Source of the DNA: Candidatus Binatia bacterium | GTDB taxonomy: Bacteria; Desulfobacterota; Binatia; Bin18 | DNA length: 64,000 nt | Assembly: GCA_963664395.2 (NCBI GenBank) | Contig: OY761159.2 | Coordinates: 4,000,001 to 4,064,000, forward strand | Direction: 5' to 3' | Shown here: positions 8,735 to 19,078 of the stretch, one piece after another | How positions within the stretch are numbered: the first letter of the stretch is position 1 | Layout: each line of letters starts with the position of its first letter | Program-made: the position numbers and the translations under genes | Notes under the pieces: generated by a model | Told to the model about the DNA's origin: nothing | What the model saw: the letters and a program-made list of their open reading frames with translations, nothing else | The model's database searches: none

Positions 8735-10015
8735 ATGGACTTCTCGGTGGTTGATGTGGTGTTAGAAGAGGCGGTACGAGATGAGACGTTTCCTGGAGCC
8801 GTTGTCCTAGTCAAGCGGGCGGGAGAGGTGGTCTATCGCAAGGCGCATGGCTATCGGAGCGTGAGGCCTGAGTACACTCCACTCAGCGAAGACACTGTTT
8901 TTGACTTGGCTTCACTCACCAAGCCGTTGGCAACCACGGTTGCCCTGATGCGCTTTGTGGCGGAAAAGAAGGTCCGACTCGATGATCGGGCCAGTCGCTT
9001 TTTTCCGAATTTTGGAGCGTGCGGCAAAACGGCTATTACGATACGGCAACTCCTCTCTCATTCATCTGGGCTGCCAGCCTGGCAGCCCTACTTCGAGGAA
9101 CTACGAAAACCCAACCGGAAGGTTGCCCGGCTTGCGACGCTGGGATCACAAAGCGCGCGAGATTTTATTTATGCCCAGCTCCAGCGCGAAAAAGCTGAAT
9201 ATGAGCCCGGCTCGCGCGCGCTGTACAGCGACCTTGGCTTCATGCTGCTCGGTGCATTGGTTGAGGACATGAGTGGCATGAGTCTTGACGAATACTGCTG
9301 GAAGAAGATTTACCATCCACTCGGCCTGAAGGCGACAGGGTTTATTAATCTTGAGACTCTGCGCCAGAAAAGATACGAGACCGCAACCGAGATGATCGCT
9401 CCGACCGAACACTGTCCGTGGCGCAAACGCGTCTTGTGTGGTGAGGTCCACGACGACAACGCCTACGCCATGGGTGGCGTGGCTGGCCATGCCGGCCTCT
9501 TTGCTCCAATTGATGATATCGATCGGTTAGTCAGTAGTCTGGAGGAATGTTATTCAGGCACCCATCCCTTTCTGCCGGCGGCTGTTGTCCAGGAATTTTG
9601 GGCCGTGAATACCGCAGTACCGAACTCGACCTGGGCCTGCGGGTGGGACACGCCCTCACCGCAAGGATCAGCTGCCGGGGAGTTTTTCTCGCCACACTCC
9701 ATCGGCCATCTGGGCTTTACCGGAACCTCCGTGTGGATTGATCTGGAGCGGAAAATCCACATTATTGTGCTGAGCAACCGGGTCCATCCACACCGCAAGA
9801 ACGCAAAGATCACCGCCTTTCGGCCTGTCCTGCATAATGCGATCATGAAAACGCTGCTTGATGCTGAAGGAACCGAAGCGGAAACAACACCTGCCACTCC
9901 GAATTTTACTCACAGCATGGAGTCTGCACCAGAGAGAATATCCGGGGAAGCGACCAAGAGAGCGGTGGCGAGTGAGACTGTGCCTGAGACAATCGAAGAG
10001 CACGCTACGTTGTAA
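8735..10015 (+). CDS. Beta-lactamase-fold serine hydrolase (AmiE/YbbE-like)
   Basis: FDLASLTK (SxxK), YSDLGF, GEVHDDNA...GVAGHAGLF, GHLGFTG; no signal peptide. Confidence 0.85.
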   Translation: MDFSVVDVVLEEAVRDETFPGAVVLVKRAGEVVYRKAHGYRSVRPEYTPLSEDTVFDLASLTKPLATTVALMRFVAEKKVRLDDRASRFFPNFGACGKTAITIRQLLSHSSGLPAWQPYFEELRKPNRKVARLATLGSQSARDFIYAQLQREKAEYEPGSRALYSDLGFMLLGALVEDMSGMSLDEYCWKKIYHPLGLKATGFINLETLRQKRYETATEMIAPTEHCPWRKRVLCGEVHDDNAYAMGGVAGHAGLFAPIDDIDRLVSSLEECYSGTHPFLPAAVVQEFWAVNTAVPNSTWACGWDTPSPQGSAAGEFFSPHSIGHLGFTGTSVWIDLERKIHIIVLSNRVHPHRKNAKITAFRPVLHNAIMKTLLDAEGTEAETTPATPNFTHSMESAPERISGEATKRAVASETVPETIEEHATL

Positions 10016-10053
10016 ATCTTATGCTGAACACGGCTGCGTGAGCCTGGCCCTGT

Positions 10054-11490
10054 ATGCCGCACGTCACTGAACCGGACCTGAGGGAAATTCGTCACATCCA
10101 CTGCATCGCTATAGCCGGCGTTGGCATGGCAACGCTGGCTGCCATGTTGAAAGCGCGTGGATACCGGGTGACCGGCTCGGACCGGGGGATCTATCCCCCC
10201 ATGAGCGACTTTCTCGCGCAAGCAGGCATTCCCGTTATCCAAGGCTATCAGGGGAAAAACCTTACTCCGGAGCCAGACCTCGTCGTCGTTGGGAATGCCG
10301 TCTCCCGTACGAATCTCGAAGTCGAAACATTATTGGCCACTACCCTCCCGTATGTCTCTTTCCCGCAGGCGGTGGGCGAGTTCTTTCTTGCGGATAAACG
10401 CCCGCTTGTTGTGGCTGGAACGCATGGCAAGACCACGTCAACGGCCCTGTTATCCTGGGTCTTAGAGCAGGCCGGCCGGTCGCCGGGACTGCTGGTTGGT
10501 GGGATCAGCCGAAATTTTGGCCGGGGCTATCGTTTGGGGAGTGGCCAGGATTTTGTGATTGAGGGCGACGAATACGACTCAGCCTTTTTTGATAAAGGCC
10601 CTAAATTTCTGCACTACCGTCCTCAGGCGGTCCTCCTGAATGCTATTGAGTTTGACCATGCTGACATATATCGGGACATTGATCAGATGAAAGCCGCCTT
10701 TCGCCGTCTACTCGAGATCGTACCGACCGGCGCCCCAATTGTCGCCTGCAATGATTTCCCGGAAGTGCTCAACGTCGCGCAGTCGATAGAAAAACCATTT
10801 GTAACGTTTGGTTTAAACGCGTGCGCGGACTGGCAAGCGCACGACATACAGGACGACGGGCGTCGGCTGGCTTTTACGATCACACACGGCCAACACGTCT
10901 GGGGAAATTTCACCTGTCCGCTGATGGGACGTATGAATGTGCGTAACGCCCTGGGGGTGAGTGCCTTGGCCTCGATGCTCGGGTTGTCCGCACAGGATAT
11001 TGCGCCTGGTGTGGAGAGCTTTCTCGGGGTTGAACGTCGTCAGGAGCTGGTTGGGGAAGCCAGGGGAGTGACCGTTATTGACGACTTTGCGCATCATCCA
11101 ACGGCCGTGACAGTTGCGATCGAAGCCATCCAACTGCGTTACCCTGAGCGTCGGGTCTGGGCCGTCTTTGAGCCGCGCTCCAATACGTGTCGGAGAAGGA
11201 TTTTCCAAAAACCCCTGACTGAGGCGCTTGCGCTTGCCGACCGTGTCGTCCTTGGCCCGGTGTTCACCAAGCCGCAAGACCCGCTTGCCGCAGCGGACCT
11301 CTTCGCACCCGCTGAGCTCGCCGCCGACCTCCAAGCCCGTGGCAAATATGCTCATGCGGGTCAAAGCGTGGAGAACATTTGTGCGCTCCTCACCGCGGAG
11401 TGTCAGGCCGGTGATGTCGTGCTGGTGATGTCGAACGGTGCATTCGGGGGGCTGCCACGCAAACTCCTCGCGACGTTGCAGGACGGTTAA
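10054..11490 (+). CDS. mpl: UDP-MurNAc:L-Ala-gamma-D-Glu-mDAP ligase (murein peptide ligase)
   Basis: YPPMSDFL, GTHGKTT, EGDEYDSAFFDKGPKFLHY, EFDHADIY, DDFAHHPT, FEPRSNT, MSNGAFGG. Confidence 0.93.
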   Translation: MPHVTEPDLREIRHIHCIAIAGVGMATLAAMLKARGYRVTGSDRGIYPPMSDFLAQAGIPVIQGYQGKNLTPEPDLVVVGNAVSRTNLEVETLLATTLPYVSFPQAVGEFFLADKRPLVVAGTHGKTTSTALLSWVLEQAGRSPGLLVGGISRNFGRGYRLGSGQDFVIEGDEYDSAFFDKGPKFLHYRPQAVLLNAIEFDHADIYRDIDQMKAAFRRLLEIVPTGAPIVACNDFPEVLNVAQSIEKPFVTFGLNACADWQAHDIQDDGRRLAFTITHGQHVWGNFTCPLMGRMNVRNALGVSALASMLGLSAQDIAPGVESFLGVERRQELVGEARGVTVIDDFAHHPTAVTVAIEAIQLRYPERRVWAVFEPRSNTCRRRIFQKPLTEALALADRVVLGPVFTKPQDPLAAADLFAPAELAADLQARGKYAHAGQSVENICALLTAECQAGDVVLVMSNGAFGGLPRKLLATLQDG

Positions 11491-13622
11491 GGCAAGCGGA
11501 TCTCAGAGACCGTTGCTTCCTTCCCGTACATCCGTATATAGGTTCGATAGTTGCGCAGGACCAGCTTCACATACTGGCGTGTCTCACCGTAACTGATGTT
11601 CTCAATAAACTCGTCCGGCTCCAAGTGCCCAGAGCGGCTACGCCATTTATCCGCCGCCTTTTCGCCGGCGTTATACGCGCTCAGAGCCAGAATGACGCTG
11701 CCCTGGTAGCGCTTGAGCAGGCCGCGGAGATAGGCCGTCCCGAGGCGTATGTTGAAGGCCGGGTCGGTGAGCGCGCTTCCGTCGTTCAACGGCAGGTCGG
11801 TGAGTTGGGCCGCGGTCGTCGGTAAAAGCTGCATCAGTCCATAGGCATTCGCCGGTGAGACGGCTGCCGCGTCAAACAGACTTTCCTGTCGAATCAGTGC
11901 AACAATGAGATATGGATCAATGCCGTTTTTCTCTGCGTGGGCGAGGATGACATCCCAATATGCCTGTGGGTAGAAATACGCCTGCTTGACTGCGCTCTGT
12001 ATTTTTAACTGCTGAATTAACTGAAATACTGAGGTGTGATCGTTGAGGCGTTGATACTCGGAGATAAAAAATTTTGTCCACCTGGCTCCCTTCGGCGCGA
12101 GGTGGCGGACGAAGTCGAGTTCACGCCGCGCCAGATTGAGCAATCCAAGGTCCGCGAGCGTGGTGCGGCGCTGATAGTGCATGGTCTGGACTGCAGAGAG
12201 GAGAGGGGGGGGAGAGGTCGGAAGGGGCTTGCGGGGGAGGGCCGACAGCGTCGTTCCCAGGCGCTTTTCCGCCCATAAGGCATAATAGTCATGCGGGTAG
12301 CGACGCAGTATCCGTCGATACACGCTAGCCGCTCCCTCGGACTGCCCTAAACGACCGGTTGCGCGCGCCTGCCAGTACAGAGCGCGTTTACCTTCGGCTG
12401 TTCCGGGTACGGACTGCGCGAGTTTTTGGAAGATATTTTGCGCGGTTCGATACTCACCCTGGCTATAGGCCATCCAGCCTTGTTGCCAGTGCGCTTCGCG
12501 GGCCAGCGGTGCGCGGGAGAACTGCTGTTTGAGGTGTTGATAGGCGGAAGCGGCGTTGGCATTGTCCCGCTTGGATTGAAAAATACGACCCATTGCATAC
12601 CACGCTTCCGCGGCCAAGTCCTGGCGTGGATACTCCGTGGTCAGCCGTTTGAAGAGAGGCAGGGCCGCGTCATCCTCGTCTTGATTCCAGAAAAAACGGG
12701 CCCAGTGGTACAGGGCTTTGGGGGCAAGTGCAGTCCTTGGATAGCGTTCGACAATCTCTTGCCACTGTTCTATGGCTGCCTCTCGCCGCCCCTGGCTTTT
12801 ATAAATTCCGGCGAGTAATAACAGTCCGTCCGGTCTCAGACTGCTGGTGGAGAAGCGCGTCTGAAACTGCTCGGTGAGGTTCTGGGCGGTTTCAACATCC
12901 CCCTCTTTCAGCAACAGCCGAGCCTCGTTGTAATACGCCTGCGCCGTCTGGAGCGGAAAAGCCTTGGGATATTGTTCTCGGAGCCCGGCGACTCGTGCTT
13001 TGGCCGCTTTTCCGATAGCCGTGCGCGGTACGCTTGCACGAAGGGCTTGATAGCGCTGGTAGGCTGGGGCCAACGCTCCTTGGCGTTCGTAGGCTTGGGC
13101 AATGAGTAACGAGCTTTGATGCCGAACCGCCTCGGTCGCCAGCGGTGCTCGTTGCGTCTGTCTGGCATAGGCAACCGTTCGTTCCCACCGCTCTTCCGCA
13201 AAGGTGAGCTGAGCTAATGCCAGCGCAGCGTCACTCTGCCAGACCGTCGTCGGATAATCGTCTAAGAGCTGCTCTAAAAAGCCGCGCGCTTCCGCCCGGC
13301 GATCAGCTTTGAGGTGGAGCTTCCCTAAAAAATACAAGCTGTAATCGGCCAGAATGGGCTGCTGGACGTGTTCAAAGGCTGTGCGGGCCGCCGCCCAGTC
13401 TTTGTTTTGAAATGCGTGGTAGCCGTGCAGAAATACGGAGGGGGACGGCGTTTTCGCCGGCGGGGAGGCGTTTGCCGGTTCTGCCGGAGAAGTTGGTAAC
13501 TCAGTGTTCTGATACGAGGGTTGGGTGCCAACCGGCTCTTCGTCCGCTTGATCTTGAGACCAGCCGAAGGACGGACCACTGATGAAACACAAGAGAAAAA
13601 GGGAGAGAAGACGCTGCTGCAT
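11487..13622 (-). CDS. slt: Soluble lytic transglycosylase with TPR repeats (Slt70-like)
   Basis: Signal peptide, TPR-like helices, C-terminal RQES...GLMQL...AYNAG...ETRQYV SLT motifs. Confidence 0.9.
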   Translation of the reverse strand: MQQRLLSLFLLCFISGPSFGWSQDQADEEPVGTQPSYQNTELPTSPAEPANASPPAKTPSPSVFLHGYHAFQNKDWAAARTAFEHVQQPILADYSLYFLGKLHLKADRRAEARGFLEQLLDDYPTTVWQSDAALALAQLTFAEERWERTVAYARQTQRAPLATEAVRHQSSLLIAQAYERQGALAPAYQRYQALRASVPRTAIGKAAKARVAGLREQYPKAFPLQTAQAYYNEARLLLKEGDVETAQNLTEQFQTRFSTSSLRPDGLLLLAGIYKSQGRREAAIEQWQEIVERYPRTALAPKALYHWARFFWNQDEDDAALPLFKRLTTEYPRQDLAAEAWYAMGRIFQSKRDNANAASAYQHLKQQFSRAPLAREAHWQQGWMAYSQGEYRTAQNIFQKLAQSVPGTAEGKRALYWQARATGRLGQSEGAASVYRRILRRYPHDYYALWAEKRLGTTLSALPRKPLPTSPPPLLSAVQTMHYQRRTTLADLGLLNLARRELDFVRHLAPKGARWTKFFISEYQRLNDHTSVFQLIQQLKIQSAVKQAYFYPQAYWDVILAHAEKNGIDPYLIVALIRQESLFDAAAVSPANAYGLMQLLPTTAAQLTDLPLNDGSALTDPAFNIRLGTAYLRGLLKRYQGSVILALSAYNAGEKAADKWRSRSGHLEPDEFIENISYGETRQYVKLVLRNYRTYIRMYGKEATVSEIRLP

Positions 13623-13742
13623 AAAGGGAAGGTGAGTTATGCGTTTGGGGTGCTGGGGTGGATGCCGTAATTGAGTCTCTGTCCATTTCCTATTAAGGTT
13701 AAATTTTTACAGGAAAAACGACACCAAGTAAGGGGGCTAGAC

Positions 13743-14618
13743 ATGCAGATCGGGGTACTTGCTTTTTTAACCGAACAGTCCGGAGAGCCGGGGGCTATTG
13801 CCCGAGAGGCCGAGAGTCTCGGGTTTGAGTCATTTTGGGTTGCCGAGCACTTAGTCATGCCGACGCATTACACAACCTATTATCCCCGTTCACCAGATGG
13901 AAAAGTACCCGAGTTCTATGCCCATTTGGTTGACCCGTTTGTGGCTTTGGCGGCGGCTGCGCACGCGACCCAGACGATTCGTCTGGGTACGGGTATTTGC
14001 CTCCTGCCAGAACGTGACACGATCACGACCGCAAAGGCCGCGGCGAGTATTGATGTGTACTCAAACGGGCGACTCATACTCGGGGTTGGCGCCGGCTGGT
14101 TTCCTGAAGAAGCCGAAATTATGGGTGTGCAGTTTTCCAAACGCTGGCAACATCTGCGCGAATCTGTCGAAGCTCTCCGAGAGCTGTGGACCAAAGAGGA
14201 AGCCAGCTATGACGGCGAGTTTGTCCACTTCCCCTCGGTCAAACTCTTTCCCAAGCCGATCCAAAAGCCGACGCCGCCGATATTTCTTGGCGCTCACGAC
14301 CGGCGCTACGCGCTCAAGCGGGTGGCCCGCTATGCGGATGGCTGGTGCCCTGGGGGGCTCACGCCCGAGCAGGCAAAGGAAGATATTCCGGTCATCAAAC
14401 AATTGGCCCAAGAGGCCGGGCGTGACCCTGAAGCGCTCGAATTCTCCGTCCTCCTGCTCTCTCTGCCCGAAGGTGGTCTGGGTAGTGACACGCTCAAACA
14501 CTATCAGGAAGCCGGTGTCACCCGGGTAATCATGACAGCGGCCCAAGCCGCTTTGGGCAATGGCGCTGAAGCCGTCAAGCAGCTCGCGCCTATTGTTGAG
14601 CGGGCACAACACGTATAA
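13743..14618 (+). CDS. LLM-class probable F420-dependent oxidoreductase
   Basis: AESLGFESFWVAEH, DPFVALAAAA, GVGAGW, PKPIQKPTPPI; start ATG 13743. Confidence 0.88.
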   Translation: MQIGVLAFLTEQSGEPGAIAREAESLGFESFWVAEHLVMPTHYTTYYPRSPDGKVPEFYAHLVDPFVALAAAAHATQTIRLGTGICLLPERDTITTAKAAASIDVYSNGRLILGVGAGWFPEEAEIMGVQFSKRWQHLRESVEALRELWTKEEASYDGEFVHFPSVKLFPKPIQKPTPPIFLGAHDRRYALKRVARYADGWCPGGLTPEQAKEDIPVIKQLAQEAGRDPEALEFSVLLLSLPEGGLGSDTLKHYQEAGVTRVIMTAAQAALGNGAEAVKQLAPIVERAQHV

Positions 14619-14660
14619 GCGCCAACTCCCATGTGAGAGAGCAATAGGGTCTTACGACAT

Positions 14661-15389
14661 ATGAAAACAGACATAACGCGCATTGTGGTGGTCAGTCTGA
14701 GCTTACTCAGCCTGGTGAGCTGTGGCTCTATGAAATCAACAGTGTCATCCATCATTCCAGGTGGAGAGAAGAAGGAAGAAGAGAAGATCAAGGCGGGTAA
14801 GAAGCTGAATTTGAATGTCCCTCCGCAAGTCGCGCTCATGTTGTTTCAAGGCGTGGCGACGGAGAATGGCTGGGAGGTCAGGAGCGCGGGTGACCAAAGA
14901 AATATCAATGGCGAGGTGACCGGGAAGTTCTTCCGCGTTGAGACCGTTCAATTTGTCGGTGGGCGCAGGACAATGACCGGCGTTTTTTTCAAAGAAAAAG
15001 AGGATGACGAGACATCCTATGTAACGATGGGCAAGCCCGGAACCGAAGTCGAATATGGGATTCCGATCGCACTGGTGAGACCCATGCTGGCGGCTGTTGC
15101 TGAATGGACAGGGGAGGTGGACGAGACATTCGAGGCAGAAGAGGACGCAGCAGCCGAACCGGAGCGGAGTCCTTTGGAAGAAGCCTTAGGCGAAGACCTT
15201 GCAGAAGAGAGCGCAGCAGAGCCGGGAGGGGAGAACGAGTTTGAGGAAACAGAATTCAGCTCCGAATTCAGTTCTTTGGATGAGATACTGGACCACGACT
15301 TTGAAGAAGACGCTGAATTGAAAGAGAGAGAACTCAGCCCTGAAGAAGAGGGAATATTAGAGGAGATGGAACTCGACCCCGTCGAGTAA
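14661..15389 (+). CDS. Hypothetical lipoprotein with highly acidic C-terminal tail
   Basis: Hydrophobic signal ending in lipobox LVSC; last ~90 residues rich in Glu/Asp. Confidence 0.7.
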   Translation: MKTDITRIVVVSLSLLSLVSCGSMKSTVSSIIPGGEKKEEEKIKAGKKLNLNVPPQVALMLFQGVATENGWEVRSAGDQRNINGEVTGKFFRVETVQFVGGRRTMTGVFFKEKEDDETSYVTMGKPGTEVEYGIPIALVRPMLAAVAEWTGEVDETFEAEEDAAAEPERSPLEEALGEDLAEESAAEPGGENEFEETEFSSEFSSLDEILDHDFEEDAELKERELSPEEEGILEEMELDPVE

Positions 15390-15485
15390 GCGTCAAGCAA
15401 TCGACCGGGCCCTGTGTCTGATGCTGCTGTCACTAAGTCGAAGGTCGGAAAGTCGATGGCGGGACCCTGCTTGCTCTACCCCTCT

Positions 15486-16288
15486 CTAGTTCATGCGCGC
15501 GCGAAAGATACGCTGTCGGCGCGTCCCCCCGGCCAGCGCCTTGAACACCAGTCCGCGGAAAACCATGAGCACGTAGAGGAGAACAGAGCTGCTTACGGCC
15601 CAGATGATTTCCGCCGACGAATTCCAAAACCCGATGCCAAAGGGCAACAACATTGACCGACCAAGCTGCATCGGCATGGCCAGAATATCGAGCGGAAAGA
15701 ACAGCGACGAGGCCAGGGCTATTGGCGGTAAACTACCGATAATCGACACCGCCACAACCAGCCCAACCAGGGGCACAAACCACTCTACGCCACTTTCACG
15801 CAGAAACTCAAAGCTCTCCTGGATCATGCCAAATCCGTCAGTCCGGCCTTGATAGATGATCTCTGTGACCGGGCTGAGCAGAATCGGGAGAATCAGATGG
15901 ACGACAACATACAGGGCCTGAGAGCCAGCCCCGCCGGACAGCATTGAGAGCAGCAGGCGGATAATCGTCAGGGAGAACAAAATGGTTATAACCGAGCCAA
16001 AGTGGGGCCGCCAACTGTCTAATAATTCTTGTGGCTGAACGCGCTGGCCGTGCACAATGCCGTCAATAAAGTACAAGTACGAGCCGGTACACAGGGCCAT
16101 GACCAGCCCAACGAGTAGCCCCCCGACAAAACCCATACGCCAAAAAAGTTTGCCGCAAGAAAGATGAGAGGCGTGTACACCAGCGGCAGGAGGGCGATCC
16201 ACCAGCCTTTTCCGAATTTCTCGACTGTCTCTTTTGCGGCTTGTTGATAGATGTTGAGCGTCGCTGTTACCAGGGCATTCCAATCCAT
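15486..16288 (-). pseudogene. Multi-pass membrane protein split by a 1-nt frameshift (real or sequencing error)
   Basis: ATG 16288 with GAGGAGG RBS gives MDWNALV...AANFF; the hydrophobic protein continues as RMGFVGGLL... in another frame; switch lies at the A6 run 16142-16147. Confidence 0.7.
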
Positions 16289-16351
16289 GACTCCTCCTCA
16301 CCACCGCTAGGGAGAGTGGTATCATGGCCGGCTTATGCGAGGAAATGGTCC

Positions 16352-17572
16352 CTACGTCCTGGCTTCCACGCGGACTCGCTTTGGTCCAAAGGCAATCATA
16401 TGGGCGGGAAACGTGCGCAGCAGCGGAATACGTGGGACCAGCCGTATGGCCAGGGGGAGCCGAAAAGACGCGCTGCCGCGTAATGCCGGCACAACAAGGC
16501 GCTGCTGAATCTGAGCCTGAAACGCCTGGATAATGCGCGTAGGCCACTCGCGTTGCCGCTGTATGTCCGCCAGGTGATGCTCGTGGACAGTGTGACTCCG
16601 CAGGGGCCGAGCCAAGATATTTGCCGCGACCACGGCATCATGGATAGCATAGTTAATGCCGATACCGCCGACTGGAGACATGACATGGGCCGCGTCGCCT
16701 ATCAGCAGCAGGCCGGCTTGATACCACTGCGAAAGCCGGTCGGCACCAACGGACAGGACGGCAATATCCTGCCAGGTCGAGAGAGAGCCCACGCGGTCGT
16801 GAGCCCAGGGAACAAGCTCGCCAACGGAGCGTTGCAGGGCCTCCAGACCAGCCGCGCGGACGTGGCTGTAGCTGCCTTTGAGGATGGCATAGCCGATTTG
16901 CCAACAGGTATGCCGATTCTGAAGGACGAGCAGATGTCCCGGTCCGATGCGGAGAGTCGCGCCGGCATCCACCGGGTCGTTCGGCTGCCGCGGCAACCGG
17001 AACCACAGTATATCCATCGGTGGCTTGGACGTCTGCGGTTCCAGCTTGGCGAGGCGGCGTAGCCGAGAGAAACGGCCGTCCGCCCCAATCGTGAGCTGAG
17101 CGTGTACCTCGTGCCAGTCCCCATTCGTGGTCCGATAGCGGACGCCCCGGACGCGACCGTTCTTTTTGACCAACTCCTGGACATTGGCTCCCATCTGAAG
17201 CTGAAAATGGGGATAGTGTTTTGCCTCGGTAGTGATGAAATCCAGGAAATCGACCTGTGGAATCAGCGTGATATACGGGTAGGGCGTTCTGAGGCGGCGC
17301 AGGTCAATCAACGGGAGCGATTCTTCAGGCGTCTGGATGGAGAGTCGGTCGATCTTGGCATGGCGCCGGCTCAGCAGACGGTCGGCCAGGCCAATCGAAT
17401 CCAATATCTCCATGACCGACGGATGGAGCGTATCGCCGCGAAAATCACGATCAAAATTGAGATGGCTTTCCAGCAGCGTGACCGGCACGTCCTGACGCGC
17501 AAGCAGGAGGGCGAGCATGGCTCCGGCCGGACCACCACCAACGATGCAGCACGCGGTGTCGTGCGTACTCAC
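16352..17572 (-). CDS. FAD-dependent oxidoreductase/monooxygenase (UbiH/FAD_binding_3 family)
   Basis: IVGGGPAG, IGADGRFS, IGDAAHVMSPVGGIGIN. Confidence 0.9.
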   Translation of the reverse strand: MSTHDTACCIVGGGPAGAMLALLLARQDVPVTLLESHLNFDRDFRGDTLHPSVMEILDSIGLADRLLSRRHAKIDRLSIQTPEESLPLIDLRRLRTPYPYITLIPQVDFLDFITTEAKHYPHFQLQMGANVQELVKKNGRVRGVRYRTTNGDWHEVHAQLTIGADGRFSRLRRLAKLEPQTSKPPMDILWFRLPRQPNDPVDAGATLRIGPGHLLVLQNRHTCWQIGYAILKGSYSHVRAAGLEALQRSVGELVPWAHDRVGSLSTWQDIAVLSVGADRLSQWYQAGLLLIGDAAHVMSPVGGIGINYAIHDAVVAANILARPLRSHTVHEHHLADIQRQREWPTRIIQAFQAQIQQRLVVPALRGSASFRLPLAIRLVPRIPLLRTFPAHMIAFGPKRVRVEART

Positions 17573-17573
17573 G

Positions 17574-18890
17574 CTAGAACAAGCCGATCGATTGCAACAA
17601 AATGATCGTCACGGCAATCGGCGCAACAAAGCGCAGCAGAAAGACCCACACCAGATAGAGGCTCGGTCTCAGGACGCTGGCCGGAACTTCCGCTTGCCGC
17701 TCTTGATGCGTCAGCGACCAGCCGGCAAATACCGCGATCAGCAGCCCGCCCAGGGGCAGGAGATAGTGCGTTGTCAGCATGTCCATAAAGCCGAAGAAGC
17801 CGCCGTTCAGCGCGGACGGAACGCCTAGGGCAAAGATGACACCTCCCATGGTCCAACTCGCCCGCATGCGCGTCCAGCCCTTTTCGTCAACAAAATACGC
17901 GACCACGACCTCCAGCAACGGCATGGCGGAGCTTAAGGCCGCAAAGGTCAGGAGCAAAAAGAAAAGAACGGCCAGGAACTGTCCGAACGGGAGCTGGCTG
18001 AACGCGGCTGGCAGGGTTTCAAAAATAAGCGCCGGACCGGCGTTCGGTGCTAACTGAAAGGTAAACACCAGAGGAAAAATGACAAACCCTGCCAGGATAG
18101 CAATACCCGTATCGCTGGCTGTCACGAACAGGGCCGCGCGGGGGAGGCGGGTATCGCGCTGCAAATAACTGCCATAGGTGATGAGCGTCCCCATGCCGAC
18201 GCTGAGCGAGAAAAACGCCTGCCCCAGAGCTTCCAGGACTGCTTTCGGGCCGATCTTGTCCCAATGCGGGGTCAGCAAAAACGTAATGCCCTGTGCGGCA
18301 CCATCGGTCGTCAGGGCATAGACCAGGAGGAAGCACAGCATGAAGAAGAGGGCCGGCATCATGATTTTATTGCCCCACTCAATACCCCGCGAGACACCCC
18401 GCGAGACAAACCAGATGGTGGCGCCCATAAAAACGGCGTGCCAGAACACCTGCAGGGCTTGATTGGCTGACAGGGATTGAAAGAGCTGGCCGATGGCGGC
18501 TGTTGATTGGCCGGCAAAACCGCCCATAAGAGAGAGGGAAATATAATGCAGCACCCAGCCACCAACGACCGAATAGTAGGACAGCAGGACAAAACCGACC
18601 GTCACGCCCAGCCAGCCGGCCAGAAACCAGGGGGTGCCGGGTCGCAGCGTGGAAAACGCGCCAACGACGTTGCGCTGGGTGCGGCGTCCGATGAGCAGTT
18701 CGGCAATCATGATCGGGATGGCGACCGCAACCACGCAGCCCAAATAGACCAGGATAAAGGCCGCGCCCCCATACTCTCCGGTAATATACGAAAAGCGCCA
18801 GATATTGCCCAAGCCAACCGCTGACCCCATAGCGGCAAGCACGAATCCAAGCGTTCCTGACCAATGTCCCCTGCCTTGTTGCATCGTCAT
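17574..18890 (-). CDS. Sodium-dependent transporter, NSS/SNF family
   Basis: GSAVGLGNIWRF, LSYYSVVGGW, GQAFFSLS; about 11 TM segments. Confidence 0.93.
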   Translation of the reverse strand: MTMQQGRGHWSGTLGFVLAAMGSAVGLGNIWRFSYITGEYGGAAFILVYLGCVVAVAIPIMIAELLIGRRTQRNVVGAFSTLRPGTPWFLAGWLGVTVGFVLLSYYSVVGGWVLHYISLSLMGGFAGQSTAAIGQLFQSLSANQALQVFWHAVFMGATIWFVSRGVSRGIEWGNKIMMPALFFMLCFLLVYALTTDGAAQGITFLLTPHWDKIGPKAVLEALGQAFFSLSVGMGTLITYGSYLQRDTRLPRAALFVTASDTGIAILAGFVIFPLVFTFQLAPNAGPALIFETLPAAFSQLPFGQFLAVLFFLLLTFAALSSAMPLLEVVVAYFVDEKGWTRMRASWTMGGVIFALGVPSALNGGFFGFMDMLTTHYLLPLGGLLIAVFAGWSLTHQERQAEVPASVLRPSLYLVWVFLLRFVAPIAVTIILLQSIGLF

Positions 18891-19078
18891 TTGCCCGTTC
18901 CTCTCTTACGTCTGCCGGACAGAAAAGAAAAAGGGCGGAGACCTGCTCCACCCTGAAAAAATATACTACGAGGTGCTTTCTCCCCTGTTTCTATGTGATC
19001 GCACCCCATTGTGCGGGTACAGCGCGTTTGCCTCCCAAAAGGCACGCGGGGAGGCAAACGCGCTGTTTTTCGCTGACC

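Noticed and set aside
18385-18408. 12-bp direct repeat in the NSS transporter (VSRGVSRG)
   Set aside because: Fits the normal length of the family G-V-x-x-G-I-E motif; no insertion implied
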